This document shows positions 37,440-50,770 of a stretch of DNA of 64,000 nt, in pieces. Position numbers and translations under genes: made by a program. The stretch is taken from NCBI RefSeq assembly GCF_001194135.2, contig NC_068999.1, positions 33,234,501-33,298,500 on the forward strand, in the 5' to 3' direction. Numbering within the stretch: position 1 is the stretch's first letter; every line of letters starts with the position of its first letter. The DNA is from Octopus bimaculoides (lineage: Eukaryota). Under the pieces are notes generated by a model. The model saw only the letters and a list, made by a program, of their open reading frames with translations, was not told the DNA's origin and made no database searches.

Positions 37440-38297
37440 TATGTGCTGAATAAATTATTGTCTAACTTATGCAAAAATGAAAATAGCACTAACATCTCAT
37501 TTTAACAGATATATTTACCAAAATTAAATAAAAATATCTTGAAATACTAAAGAATAAATTTATTCAATAAAATCATCATTGGCTTCTAGATGACTTCGGA
37601 ATCCCCTGCAACTCTTCTGGACGCTCTCCTTATTTAAGTTGGTGACTGATGCCATAATTCTTGCCTTCAGTTCATCTTTGGTGTTACAAGGAGTTTTGTT
37701 GGTCTCTCACTCAACTGCACCCCACACATAATAATCAAGAGGGTTGCAGTCTGGAGAGTTAGGTAGCCAGATATTAAGGGTAGTGTGGTCGCAGAAATTG
37801 TCTGACAGCCATGACTGGTGTCTTCTGCTTGTGTGGCATGGTGCAGAGTCCTGTTGCCAAACATAGGGTCTTCCAGCAGCCACCCTCTTCCCCCAGGGCA
37901 TCACTACCTCCTCAAGGCACTTGATGTAGGCCTTCGTGTTGAGTTTGAGGCTGTGTGGGCAGATGAATGGCAGTATAACGTCGCCATCACTAGAGGTCAC
38001 TCCAAACACCATGATGTTGACTGGATATTTGATTTTTATCACTCTCAGCACATGTCCTCAGATTGACACCCAAACACTCTGAAATGTTTGTATTGGAGCT
38101 TCCAGCATGAATGCCAAGCAGTACGGCATGTCGTTTCCAAATTTCTGGCTGAGTGAATTGTATTGTGGTGCTGTTTTTTTCACAGGCGGTGCCAAACTAA
38201 CCCTACTATACTGTGTAGTTGACGAAATCAAAAATAAACAATGTACATGTGTGAAATTAAAAATATAAAATAGTGGCAATTTACCCATCACACCCTG
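37440..38297 (-). mobile_element. maT (DD37D) Tc1/mariner-superfamily transposon remnant
   Basis: WQQDSAPCH...NSPDCNPLDYYVWG with 37 residues between the second and third catalytic D; TA|CAGGGTGTGATGGG terminus at 38297. Confidence 0.88.
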
Positions 38298-38559
38298 TAT
38301 TTGTATATGTATATATAGTTAAAAAATAAAGGCAGAAACAGCATGAAAGTATGTTTAAAGATTTATATTTGTTATATCAAGTGACTTTTATACAGTTTCG
38401 ATGCATATGTCCACCTTCCCAAATATTAAAATTTGAAAGGCGAAAATTAGGGAATAAAAAGAAATTGGAAATTAAAAACAGTTCTCATATTTTGTACATA
38501 GTTAAGATCATGAATGCCCTTCTTAACACCAACCACTTTACAAAGTTCCTGGGTGCTTT

Positions 38560-39100
38560 TACACAGCACTGGCATGGGTGCATTTATGTGGCACCAGTAC
38601 AAGTGCTTTTTGTGTGACACCAGCACCCATGAACCCAGCAACACTCAGCTGGAAAGGGATGCAGGAGATATGCCTGTATGCAAGGACAACCACAATTTTG
38701 TTTAGCTTGATGTGTCTTCTCAAGCACAGTAAACTACCTGGAATCTCAGTCCCCTGTCATTCCCTCTGTGAGGCCCAGTGTCTGAAGATCCTTTCTCACC
38801 ACTTAGTCCCAACGTCTTCCTGGGTCTACTCCTTCCACAATTAGAGATTGGCATCTCTTGGTGCAACACTCTTCATCCATACACATCATGTAACCATACT
38901 AGCACAGTCTTCTCTCTTGCACACTACAATTGATGCCTTGTATTCCCAGTTTTTCTCCCGACTCACTTACACTTTGTTGTATATCCACACTGACATTATT
39001 CATCCGGTGGAGCATATTAGCTTCATTTATTTCAAGCCTGTGCATATCCTCAGAAGTCACAGCCCATGTCTCACTGCCATGTAGCATAACTGTTAGTACA
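38560..39100 (-). mobile_element. RTE LINE 3' remnant
   Basis: [30 protein letters not shown]...RRLCWYG motif; paralogous to 53860-54395. Confidence 0.88.
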
Positions 39101-39114
39101 CAGCGAAGCTGTAA

Positions 39115-39178
<64 letters not shown>

Positions 39179-39906
39179 GTTCACATATACATGTATATAC
39201 TTATATATTATATATATATACATATATATATTGTATATATATTTATTTACAAATACAGATATGGACATCATAAATGTAGATATAGTTATATCTGTACATA
39301 TGTCCATATATATATAGATATATGTGTGTATGTATATACATATATATCTTTTAACACCTGTACAAACACTTACACCTACACCTTCCACACACACAACTAG
39401 CCCCCCCCCCTCATATATGAAAGCACACTTCAAGTGTTGTCCACCGGTTTGGTAACACAGGTAGTTTCCATATGTCTTAGTTTCTTTGTCTCTCATCTAC
39501 TGTCAGCTGAGAGGTACGGTAAATGTGGGTTAGGTATTTACGATCACAGCAATATAGTGACTACTACTGTCGACCACAACTTCTACACTACTATGGACTC
39601 TACCACTACCACCACCACCACCACTATCTCACCACCACCTCACCACTTCCACAATCACTTCCACAATCACTTCCACTCATCACCACCACCACCTCCTTCA
39701 TAGTTGCTGTGAATGCTGAACCTGACAGTCTTTAGAATTATCTTTTGGCAACTTTACATTTCCAACCTTGCCAAAATCTACAACACAAAGGCTACATTTC
39801 CTCTCCAGTGCCAGAATTGAGATATCACACCCTCCTCCTGGCAAAAACCATCCTACTTGCAGTGACACAGTGATTAGAAGTGTGGTGGGACACTATTGCC
39901 GCTACA

Positions 39907-39972
<66 letters not shown>

Positions 39973-40103
39973 TACAGTTATTCTCAGATCTTTGTTGGTT
40001 TGTTCATGGGTATTCCAATTTTTTTTATCAACTGATGGACCTAATCATTGAATTTCAGTATAAATGACTAAGTAATCCCCTGACATTTGTGCCTTTATTT
40101 TAA

Positions 40104-40139
<36 letters not shown>

Positions 40140-40145
<6 letters not shown>

Positions 40146-40420
40146 CTTTCCTTTATTCACCACTAAGGGTTTATATAAAAGATTGGGAATGGTACAGGAC
40201 AACAAAGCACAAAAAGAGTGGGATTTAATCATGTAAAAATGTAATAATAAGAAAAATAATAACAAATAAATCCCCAAGAGAGGAAGGCTTTCAAGGGCTG
40301 CTTGTGGAAACTTCACAAAACCATGATTGCCCTCTCCACTTCATCTACCCTTGATCTAGAGATGCATGCTTAAGCTATGGTAAGTGTGGGTAAAATGTAT
40401 CTTGGTAGTTATAGGTGTAT
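40140..40420 (-). mobile_element. Probable Tx1/L1 3' UTR with AATAAA and (ATT)n tail
   Basis: Minus strand ends GTGAATAAAGGAAAG(ATT)n. Confidence 0.45.
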
Positions 40421-41058
40421 TAGGAACTATTCTGAAAGATTTCTACAGATGGACAGAGGCAAGAGGCATAAAACCTAGTTTAATGCAGCTCCTGAAAACA
40501 GTGTTATTAGGGACAGCTAGGATACTTATAAAGGTTCTTGGTATCTAAGATTACTGATGTTAGGAATTTTTCTTTTCCAACAATCTAATCTGTTGTGCAT
40601 ATTTGAAATAATAATAGTCCTTTCTACAATTGGCACAAGGCCTGAAACTTTTTTGGAGAGTGTAAACAGTAAACTGATCAATTAGACCCATAGACCCATC
40701 CAGTGTGGAGTCACATTTTTTAACGATGGTAAGATGTTAATTGATGATTAGATCAATGCCAATATTCAATTGATATTTATTTTATCAACCCTGGAAGAAT
40801 GAAAGGCAAAGTCACCTTGGCAGCATTTGAACCCTGAACATAAAGACAGATGAAATATTGCTAAGCAGTTTTTCCAGCATGCTAATAATAATGATAATAA
40901 TAATGATATGATATGATATGATAATGATAATGACAAAGATAATGATAATGAGAATGAGAATGATAATAGATGACAGATGATAGATGATAGATGATGATAA
41001 ATGATGATAGATGATGATAGATGATAATAGGTAATAGATAATAATAATAAACTAGAAG

Positions 41059-42270
41059 TAATGGGGGAGGAGGAATGGTGCAGGTAGAACTGTGCTATAA
41101 GACCTCTACAATAGCAATGAACAAGTACTTATCTAGTACTGAGGACTGGATGCTGTGGCTTGTGTGCAAACACAAAAGCAGCAAAAAATCACATTCTATT
41201 GTCAAGGAAGCTTGCAAATTTTCAAGGGAACTTGGCATTAACCCTGAATTAAACGAAGAACTTGAAACCACTGCCACAAAAAGCAAGATGGATCAATCAG
41301 ATTGCAAAAAAACGAAAGGGCAGAAACAAATTGAGGAGCAGTGGAGCCAGAAGCTTCTGCATGGACAGTATATACTTGGAAGCTGAAATGCTGATGTAGA
41401 TCAAGCAACACCCCATCAGTGGCTGAGAAGCTCAGGACTGAAAGCAGAGACTGAAGGTCTCATATTGGGGGCACAAGATCAAAGCTTGCTTGTCAAAAAC
41501 TACCAGGCTAACATTCTTCAAAACAGTTCTGACCCTAAATGCAGATTCTCTGATAAATTTGATGAAACATTAGACCATCTTGTCTCGGGATGTCCTGTGC
41601 TGACACCAAAAGAATACAAAAATTGCCACAATAGGGTAGGACAGTATTTACAATGGAATATATGTAAACACTACAAAATCGGTACTCCTGCTCACTGGCA
41701 TGAGCATCATCTTGAGTCAGTCATTGAAGGTAAAAATGTCACTATCTGCTGGGATTTTCCAGTCAACACTGACAGAATGATCCAGGCTAATTGACCAGAC
41801 ATAGTCATTAAAGACAGAGAAGAAAATACTTGTAGACTAATAGATGTAAGTGTTCCCACTGATAAAAATATATCTGTAAAGGAATTTGACAAATTAAGTA
41901 AATATAAGGACCTGGAAATTGAAATACAAAAGATGTGGCATCTTAAAGCGAGATCTGTTCCTGATATTGTGGGTGCCCTAGATATGATAACAAAGGGATT
42001 TCAGAAGCATCTAGATAATATCCCAGGAGAACCATGTCTCAGAGAAATCCAAAAGATTGTGCTGACAAATACTGCCCATATCATTAGAAAAACCCAATCA
42101 GTTTAAATGTATGTGTTGTATTACATGAAGATATTTCGCTACTGCTCCTGCCAGTTCCCCTCCCTAAGCTTTCAGTCATACTGTAACACCTTTCACTCAC
42201 CCTACTGTAACAGCCTTCACTCACATGCTGAGTGTGTCTTGGCGAGTGATTGTAGCAAACATGCAGATTA
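41059..42270 (+). mobile_element. R4/Dong-type LINE, 5'-truncated, embedded in (TAA)n
   Basis: QWLRSSGLKAETEGLILGAQDQSL, decayed CCHC knuckle, PDIVIKDREENTCRLIDVSVPTD..KLSKYKDLEIEIQKMW (RLE); TAA repeats on both flanks. Confidence 0.92.
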
Positions 42271-42276
42271 AAAATA

Positions 42277-42315
<39 letters not shown>

Positions 42316-42397
42316 CAAACCACAGCACATACCCAAGGCACACAGAGCTGTGCTCGGTAGTGAAGTGAAAGCACGTTATAAAAATAAAACTACTGAA
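42316..42397 (+). mobile_element. Very short LINE 3' end inserted within (TAA)n
   Basis: 82-bp unique segment bracketed by TAA repeats. Assignment to a Dong-like 3' UTR is from recall of similar repeats. Confidence 0.5.
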
Positions 42398-42474
42398 CAA
42401 TGATAATAATAATAATAATAATGATAACAATAATAAGTGAGAAGTAGAGTTTATGTCAGTACATTTATTTCATG

Positions 42475-42514
<40 letters not shown>

Positions 42515-42524
42515 NNNNNNNNNN

Positions 42525-42567
<43 letters not shown>

Positions 42568-42661
42568 GTACTGATCCATGATAGAAAATTCAACAAAAAA
42601 TGTACACCATCTGGTGAGAGATAAATATTATTTATTTAAAGGTCACAATACATGTATTAAA

Positions 42662-42714
42662 GCACTACTAATAGTTTCATATGTTGAGAAAACTCAAACA
42701 TATTCTTCAGGCGC
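42662..42714 (-). ncRNA. Type I hammerhead ribozyme motif, apparently intact
   Basis: GCGC-CUGAAGA-AUAUG U UUGAG(UUUU)CUCAA CAUAU-GAA-ACU(AUU)AGU-A-GUGC: all core nucleotides present, GUA cleavage triplet. Confidence 0.8.
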
Positions 42715-43778
42715 AAATCACATATCATAATGAACTAAAAATAGAAGAAATAGAAGAAACATGATCAAGCTGAGAAGGCAGCCTATAGAAAATGCAAACA
42801 GTCAACAATAGAAAACAAAAAATTGATAAAAGAAACTAAAATGTCTAAAGGTAAAAAGTGCTATCCTAACCACTCTAGTATTATTAATCAAGATAATAAG
42901 AAACCAAAAAATAGGCCTAGGAAAATTATTTGGTTCGCCCCTCTCTTTTCCTTAATATAAAAACTAACATTGGTAAAAGATTCCTGTCTCTCCTAGACAA
43001 ACACTTTGCAGCCACTAACAGATACAGGAAAATATTCAATAGGCGTTCTGTGAAATTATCATATAGCTGCTGCCCAGATATGAAGAGTATCATTACATGT
43101 GGTCAATACCAAGAACCTGAATCCAGCTGCAACTGTCACAACCAGGATCTTGTCCACTTGACCAACGATGTAAGATTAACTCTATCTTACACGAGGCAGA
43201 AGTTAATGCAACCCTAAATAATAATACAACTGATAAGAAGACCTATATTGGATTATGTGAAGGAGAATTTAAAAATCGCTCTACCAGTCACATAGTCTCC
43301 TTCCCATGTAGGGACAAAAGTAAAGCTACTAAGTTGGCTAGCAACGTATGGACTGTGAAAGATAACGAAACACTGCATGTGATTAAATGGAAAGTAACTG
43401 AGGAATCCATACCTTATGTGAATGGATCGAATAAATGTAGACTTTGTTTGGCTGAAAGAGCACAGATCCTGTTCAGATTTAAAGATCCTTAACTCTCTAT
43501 TCAACACCAGGTCAGAAACTTTCAGTGGTTGCATGCATATGTTTAAATATATTCTAAAGAATTGCAAAATTCCACCTATCTCTGACTGACTTGATATCTT
43601 TCTAGCCTTATCCTTTAAAGCGTAAGGAGGATAGCGCTTTTTACCTTTTGACACTTTAGTTTCAATTTCTATTTTTCATTTTCTGTTGTTTGCTGTCAGC
43701 ATTTTCTGTATGCTGCCTTCTCAGCTTCATCGTGTTTCTTCTATTCTATTTTTTTTAGTTCGTTATGATATGTGGTTT

Positions 43779-43831
43779 GCACCTAAAGAATATGTTTGAG
43801 TTCTCTCAACACATGAAACTATTAGTAGCGC
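43779..43831 (+). ncRNA. Hammerhead motif with core mutation (CUAAAGA)
   Basis: Same architecture as 42662-42714 but G5 changed to A and a stem I mismatch. Confidence 0.65.
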
Positions 43832-44090
43832 TTTAATACATATATTGTGACCTTTAAATNNNNNNNNNNNNNNNNNNNNNNNNNNNNNNNNNNNNNNNNN
43901 NNNNNNNNNNNNNNNNNNNNNNNNNNNNNNNNNNNNNNNNNNNNNNNNNNNNNNNNNNNNNNNNNNNNNNNNNNNNNNNNNNNNNNNNNNNNNNNNNNNN
44001 NNNNNNNNNNNNNNNNNNNNNNNNNNNNNNNNNNNNNNNNNNNNNNNNNNNNNNNNNNNNNNNNNNNNNNNNNNNNNNNNNNNNNNNNNN

Positions 44091-44128
<38 letters not shown>

Positions 44129-45171
44129 GCATTATCATCAGCATTTTAATGTCAACTCTTCTATGGTTGTATGAGTCAGACTGAGTTTACTGAGGTAGAT
44201 TTTCAATAACTGGATGCCCTTCCTGTTGCCAACCTTCAGTTGTTTCCAAAGCAAAATAATATTTCCTCATCACCAAATATGTTTCCACAGAACATTGAAA
44301 ATCAATGACACCTCTAGTATGAAAGTGACACTCATTTACAACTATCATGTGATGTGTATTCTTCAACATTCATCCTCCACTGCAGAAGTGTTAATGCTGC
44401 TCCCCTTAACGAAGAGGATAGGCCTGCAAGAACCCTTTGCCGTTGCCATGTAAAAGGCACTCATGTCAGTGCCAAGTAAGAGCACTCATGCTGGTGCCAT
44501 GTTAAAAGCACCCCCTTCACACTGTAAAGTGTGTTGAATTAGAATAATATTAAGAACATTAAATTAGGATCTCTTGCTGTGTTTGTTGTTGCTTTTTATA
44601 TTTGTAGTTTGAATTCTGCTACAGCTATTACTTGAGTGGTAGACGTTCTGTGCCGCTTGATTTAAAAGTTTATATTCACCAACTGGTACCTTGGGTATAC
44701 CTTTAGCAAGCATTCAGGCCAGGTCTTCAGTTAAGATAGATACCTTCTTCCCTCTCTTGTTTCAGTCTCAAAGGTCTCACAAAAGGTTTGTGCATTACTC
44801 TTTCCTCTTTTCTAATCTAGGTAAAAAGCCTGAAATTTTTGGGGAGGGGGCCAGTCGATTAGATCAACCCAGTACATAACTGGTACTTAATTTATCGACC
44901 ACGAAAGGCAAAGTTAACCTTGGCGGATTTGAACTCAGAACGTAAAGACAGAAGAAATACCGCTAAGCATTTCACCCAGTGTGCTAACGTTTCTGCCAGC
45001 GCGCTACCTTCCTCTCTCCTCTTTATTAAAAGATTAAAAAATTGTTTTGGCTAATATCTGCAGATAAATTCTGTAGTACAATAAAGCATTGAAGAAAAAC
45101 AGTGATCATACTAGTAATTTAATAACCAAACAAGCTGCCAAGAATGTATGTCCATGAATAATGTGTGTGTG

Positions 45172-45203
<32 letters not shown>

Positions 45204-45216
45204 TGTGTGTAATATG

Positions 45217-45385
45217 TACAGGGTGTTTGGGTTAAATTTGACGGTTTGCATAAAAGGAAAAGAAAACAGTATTCCATCCAAAACTAAAAGTATTTTTAAA
45301 AAACCAAAAAAATATCAACCAGATTATAGCTGGGAGATAACATTTTACTCAATGTAACTGTCCTCAGCCTCCACTATGGCCTTGA
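45217..45385. mobile_element. Tc1/mariner-like terminal fragment
   Basis: TA|CAGGGTGTTTGGG terminus, similar to the 38297 terminus. Confidence 0.45.
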
Positions 45386-45975
45386 TATATATATATATAT
45401 ATATATAGATATCATCATCATCATCATCCTTAACGTCTGTTTTCCATGCTGGCATGGGTTGGACAGTTTGACCAGGGCTGGCAAGCAGGAGAGTTGTACC
45501 AGGTTTCGGTCTGATTTGGCTTGATTTCTATTGCTAGATTCTCTTCCTAATACCAACCACTTTACAATGTGTGCTGAGTGCTTTTAACATGGCACTAGCA
45601 TGAGCACTCTCTTACATGGCACTGGCACAAGTGCTTTTTATGTGGAACCAGCACAGAACTCTTACAGGCCAATAATCTTCTTCACCAGGGGATGCAACCT
45701 TAACACTTCTGCTGTGGAGGACAGGTCTTCTTGAGTACAGCAAGGTGCCACGTATCTCAGTCTTTTGTTACCTCATCCAAAAGGTTCAGTATTCTTAGGT
45801 CATCCTTCTGTACTTCGTCCAATATCTTCCTAGGTGTACTTCGTCCCATGTCTTCCTGATTGATCCATCTAATTAAGTCTTTATATGCTGTTTATAAGTT
45901 ACTTGATCACTGAAGACATTTTCACAAATCACTGAGACTAGTCCAGTTAATTTCGCTTTTTGTTTTTGACCATGA

Positions 45976-46012
<37 letters not shown>

Positions 46013-46533
46013 ACATACTTCTTTCAGTTTCTGTCTACCAAATCTATTTACAAGGCTTTGGTCAACCTGAAGCCATAGTAGAAAACACTTGCCTGAGGTG
46101 TTTCACATTGGGACTGAACCTGGGAACATGGTTGTGAAGCAAGCTTCTTACCACACAGTCATGCCTGTGCCTATAACACAGTAAACATGCTCACAAGCAC
46201 ATACATGTACACATATGCATACACTTATATATCCATGCACATGCAGACATATACATATATTCATATGTACACAATCACATACGTGTCTGTATATATATGT
46301 ATATGGACACATACACACATACATGCGTTAATCATTTTTCCATCCATATGGATGATGGGCATGACTTCTCTGAGGATCTAAAGAACTCAGTATTCATATT
46401 AAAATATTTATACACATAAGCATATACATACACTTATACACATACACATTTACACATGTGTACTAAATGTTATGAACTAGTATATGCGATACTGTATATG
46501 TGTGTGAACATGTATGGAAGAAACAAATACTTT

Positions 46534-46570
<37 letters not shown>

Positions 46571-46654
46571 TTGTAAGTGCGTATGTATATATGTATGTAT
46601 GTATATATATATATGCATGTATGTATGTATATATACATTGTGTGTGTGTGTGTT

Positions 46655-46698
<44 letters not shown>

Positions 46699-46829
46699 TA
46701 GTGTGTGTGTGTGTGTGTGTGCAACCATACAGCAAACCACACATAGGAGATCAATAAATTGATCAAAGCTTTAGTTAATGGTTTCCTAAGAGACATATCA
46801 ACTACTTCACTTTTGTAATGTTACAATAC

Positions 46830-47125
46830 AGACTAAATTTCTCACTGTACTGTAACACTACAATGCATAGAGTAATTTGACTGAACTTTGACACCATTAT
46901 ACACAAATTAATGAGACTGTACTGCAGCACTACAACAGACTAATTATACTGTACTGTGACACTATAAAACTGTATCTTTACCAAGTTATTCTGACTAATT
47001 AAACTGTACTGTAACTGTACAGAACTGTACTGTAACTGTACAGAACTGTACTGTAGCATCACTGTTGCCAGACTACTAGACTATACTGTGACATCATAGT
47101 AGGCAGACTAATTAGACTGTACTGT
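46830..47125. repeat. Degenerate ACTGTACTGTAAC-containing tandem repeat
   Basis: Recurrent ACTGTACTG units, including an exact short duplication at about 47000-47055. Confidence 0.65.
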
Positions 47126-48211
47126 AACGGGACCTGACACAGCTCAGCAATTTCTCAGACCCTATTAAACTCTCCAACTCAAGTCAGCATGAAAAACGGA
47201 CATTAAATGATGATGATGATGATGATGATGACGATGATATTGACATAACATTACTGTACTGTAACAGTAAACAGACCAATTAGACCCATAGACCCATCCA
47301 GTGTGGAGTCACATTTTTTAAAGATGGCAGGATGTGAATTGATGACGATTTGGCTGCTATATCTTGCAGGTCGTGTAACATAAAATCTAACCTTATTTTT
47401 CTGTACTGGCCCTGTATAGAATAAGTCATCATATGCTCTGTACTGTAGGAATGCAGTATCAATCACTGTGGTGGGGTCAGTAGTTACAGTACTGTAGTCA
47501 GCTGTACACATAGCTCAGCTGTCATAGTACAATAGTTATTGTACAAAAGTCAATAGAACTGTAGTAATAGTACTGTAGCAAATAGAAAATTAAATTAGTG
47601 TTATATAGTATTGCGTAGTGTTTAGGTTAACATGCAGTTTACCATTGTAAAATAGTGAAAGTAAATTGTTCTTTAAAATGAAAGTAAATTGTTCTTTAAA
47701 ATGAAAGTAAATTGTGATAGAAACTGGAAATGACGACAATGACATATTGTAATTTCATGTAAATATTGTATGTGATGTACCAAGGTATCCAATACTTAAA
47801 TGTATATATACTGTTTGTTTATATTTTCTGCATTAAATGTTAAACGTTTCTTTAGGTTTTTTTCGTATATCCTTTTCTATTTGCCAATTATGGATTTATA
47901 ATGAAAATTAGTTGAATATATCGGTCTGCAAGGAGTTCATTTGGGCAGTTTTTTCACTGATCTTAAGATTTTGTCCAGCAGTGTATTTAATATAACATGA
48001 AAACTGCACATATATTTTATATAAGATAAAAACAATCACATTGACTAGAAAACATAACTGTCATTGATGCATGAAATGAGATTCATAATTTTTCTCAATC
48101 TCTAAATTTGTTTTACCACACAAGCCTCATGAACATATTAAATATATCATCCCTAATTCAACATTGTCACCAGTTTCTTCTTGGTGAGCATCCATTGTCC
48201 TTCTTCTATTG

Positions 48212-48469
48212 CAGCGGTTCTCAATAGGGGTCCATATGGCCCTTGCAGGACCATATAAGGTTTTGTTAAAATTTTATGTGTAAGAAATTGGTTATACTTC
48301 TTCAAGACACAGAATATTTAAACAATTTTCTAAAATACAATTCCTAATAATATTTAATTATAAAAATATATTAGGATTTTTTAAACATCAAATGGCTAGG
48401 AGGGTACATCTGAATAAAATGGGAATCAAAGGGTTCCGTAGGTAAAAAAAAAGTCGTTGAGAATCACTG
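48212..48469. mobile_element. hAT (Charlie-like) MITE
   Basis: TIRs CAGCGGTTCTCAA / TTGAGAATCACTG; 8-bp TSD TTCTATTG vs TTCTATAG. Confidence 0.88.
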
Positions 48470-50399
48470 TTCTATAGACTGTGTGTGGATGCTGTCATTA
48501 TTTGGATGAACAAAATTGAGTCCAATGGTTTGACAACTTCATGAGTATAAATGTTGCCAAGTCCTACATAGGAAACCCACTCATTGGATACCAAATGTGT
48601 TTTATAGAATTTTGGTATATCATTGTCATCACTTACAGTTTCTGTCACAGTATACTTTCATTTTTTAAAGGTAATTCATTGTCACTATCTTATGACAGTA
48701 AACTGCATGTTAACCTAGTGTTTATATAATGTGACGGTGTATGTTGTGGTGATATACAGCATTGTGTAAGTACCATATAAAGGCATAAAATATGTAATGT
48801 ATTAAAGCATGTAATATTTAAAGTAACTTTAAGGTGGTGAACAGGTAGAATCATCAACACACTGGGTGCAATGCTAAGCGGCATTTCATCTGTTTTCATA
48901 TTCTGAGGTCAAATTCCACCAAGGTCAACTTTGCCTTTAGTCCTTTATGGGTTGATAAAATACACACCATTTGAATACTAGGGTTGATGTGATCGACTTA
49001 CCCCCTCCCTGAAATTGCTGCCATTGTACCAAAACCTGAAATAAATATTTAAAGCAACTTCACATGTAGGTCCCAAGGGCGATTTTTTTTAAACACATTT
49101 TTGAGAGAAAAATAAGTGTGTCTAATATGCTTTCAGATACAATAAAAGGATCCTTCAATCAGTTATAACGATGGGTATTCTATTGTTTGATCAATTGAAT
49201 CATCTATTCATAGTATTTTAGTACAAAGTGACTGAATATTTCACAGGCCCATGAACCCTTGACATAATCCTAAGCAGACTCAGTGACACAGTATATGGCA
49301 CAGCTGAACTTTTGAATTACAGTTAGAAACCATTGAACAGACTTCAACAGTTTCTGTCCTCCATCCTATCACCATCCACTTCACACCTAAGGCTGTTACC
49401 TATTAACATATGATTGGGCTTCACAAAAATAAAACAGCAAGTTGAAGAACTTTGATTTAGCTTGTCTATGTAATTAATTAGTCTAAATAATCTCTACTCA
49501 CTACATATTATTTCTAATTGATTGAGCTAAATATGCATCAAAGAGTGGTTTATGTAAAACTGAAACATCTCTTTTGCTGTCAGCTTCAAAGACAAGTTCC
49601 AGATTTATCTACAGAGTCATTAGTTTTCAAAAATTCAATTATATTATCATATTATTGGAATTATCTTCTTTGACATTTTATTGGAATATAACATGTATGT
49701 ATATGATATATATATAATACAAAACCGCATTGAAAATATAAATTCAAAACTGGGAGAAAAATAAATGAGAAAAGAGGAACAAGGAAAGAAAAACAAAAAA
49801 GCAAAAAAAAAGGAAAATAGAAAAAAAACATCAATTCAACACCAAGTACCTCAATTAGTCACAAACCACAAGGTTCAATGGAACCTACTGAAGCAAACCA
49901 ACATGCTTGCGGCATTACCACAGATGATGGCAAGGCTAAGGTGTTAGAACAGCCAAGCACCCTAATGGGCATCACCTGATGCCTCTGAAAGGTGAGTCGT
50001 AACTCTCTGAGAGGGAGTTTCTGTTCATGGTCAATTGGTTAATTTCAGTTAATTGAAGTTTTTCAACTCATTATATTACATAAATGTACAACTACTGTGT
50101 TTATGCATTTGACATCTAGAATGTTCCATGTGGCATTTCCTCCATCCTTGAATCAGCATGACACAGTGTTTGTGTCAAAGCTGACATTTTGAATATCAGA
50201 TACATTGAGCCATCTTGGCAGCAGCACTTTAGGCTCCCAGACATACAACACATGGGCTCTGTAACAGTTATCTATTGACTGCAATCCACAACATACATAG
50301 ATCAGAATTGAGTCCTAGATCTGTGGCAACACCAGATTATAGGTCTTGTTCTAAAATTTGAAACTATTATTATTATTGTTTTATTCCATGTTATGTAAA

Positions 50400-50770
50400 C
50401 AGGCACATCGTGGCTGTGTGGTAAGAAGCTTCTCAACCACATGGTTCCAGGTTCAGTCTTACTGTGTGGCACCTTGGGCAAGAATCTTCTACTATAGCCT
50501 TGGGCTGACCGAATGCTTCTGAGTGGATTTCGTAGACAGAAGCTCTGTGTGTGTGTGTTCATGTCTATGTTTGTTCCTCCACCATCACTTGACAACTGAT
50601 GTTGGTGTGTTTATGTCCCCCGTAACTTAGTGGTTTAGCAAAAGATACTGATAGAATAAGTGCTAGGCTTATAAAGAATAAGTTCATGGGTTGATTTCTT
50701 CAACTAAAAAACCCTTTAAGGTGGTGCTCCAGCTTGGCTGCAGTCAAATGACTGAAACAAATACAAGAAT
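50400..50770 (+). mobile_element. Near full-length SINE family A
   Basis: Head, central (GT)n and tail AAAGAATAAG...GCTCCAGC...ACTGAAACAA all present. Confidence 0.85.

Larger units (their letters stand above)
42634..43859 (+). mobile_element. 5'-truncated Penelope-like element (second subfamily) with an inverted terminal repeat
   Basis: RKIIWFAP..NIKTNIGKRFLSLLDKHF...KTYIGLCEGEFKNR...CRLCLAE (GIY-YIG region); 42634-42867 is the reverse complement of 43628-43859. Confidence 0.9.

Noticed and set aside
47658-47712. 23-bp unit repeated about 2.5 times (GAAAGTAAATTGTTCTTTAAAAT)
   Set aside because: Ordinary local slippage duplication with no further structure.
49830-50000. Plus-strand open stretch before AAG|GTGAGT
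   Set aside because: In-frame stop before the donor and no acceptor upstream.
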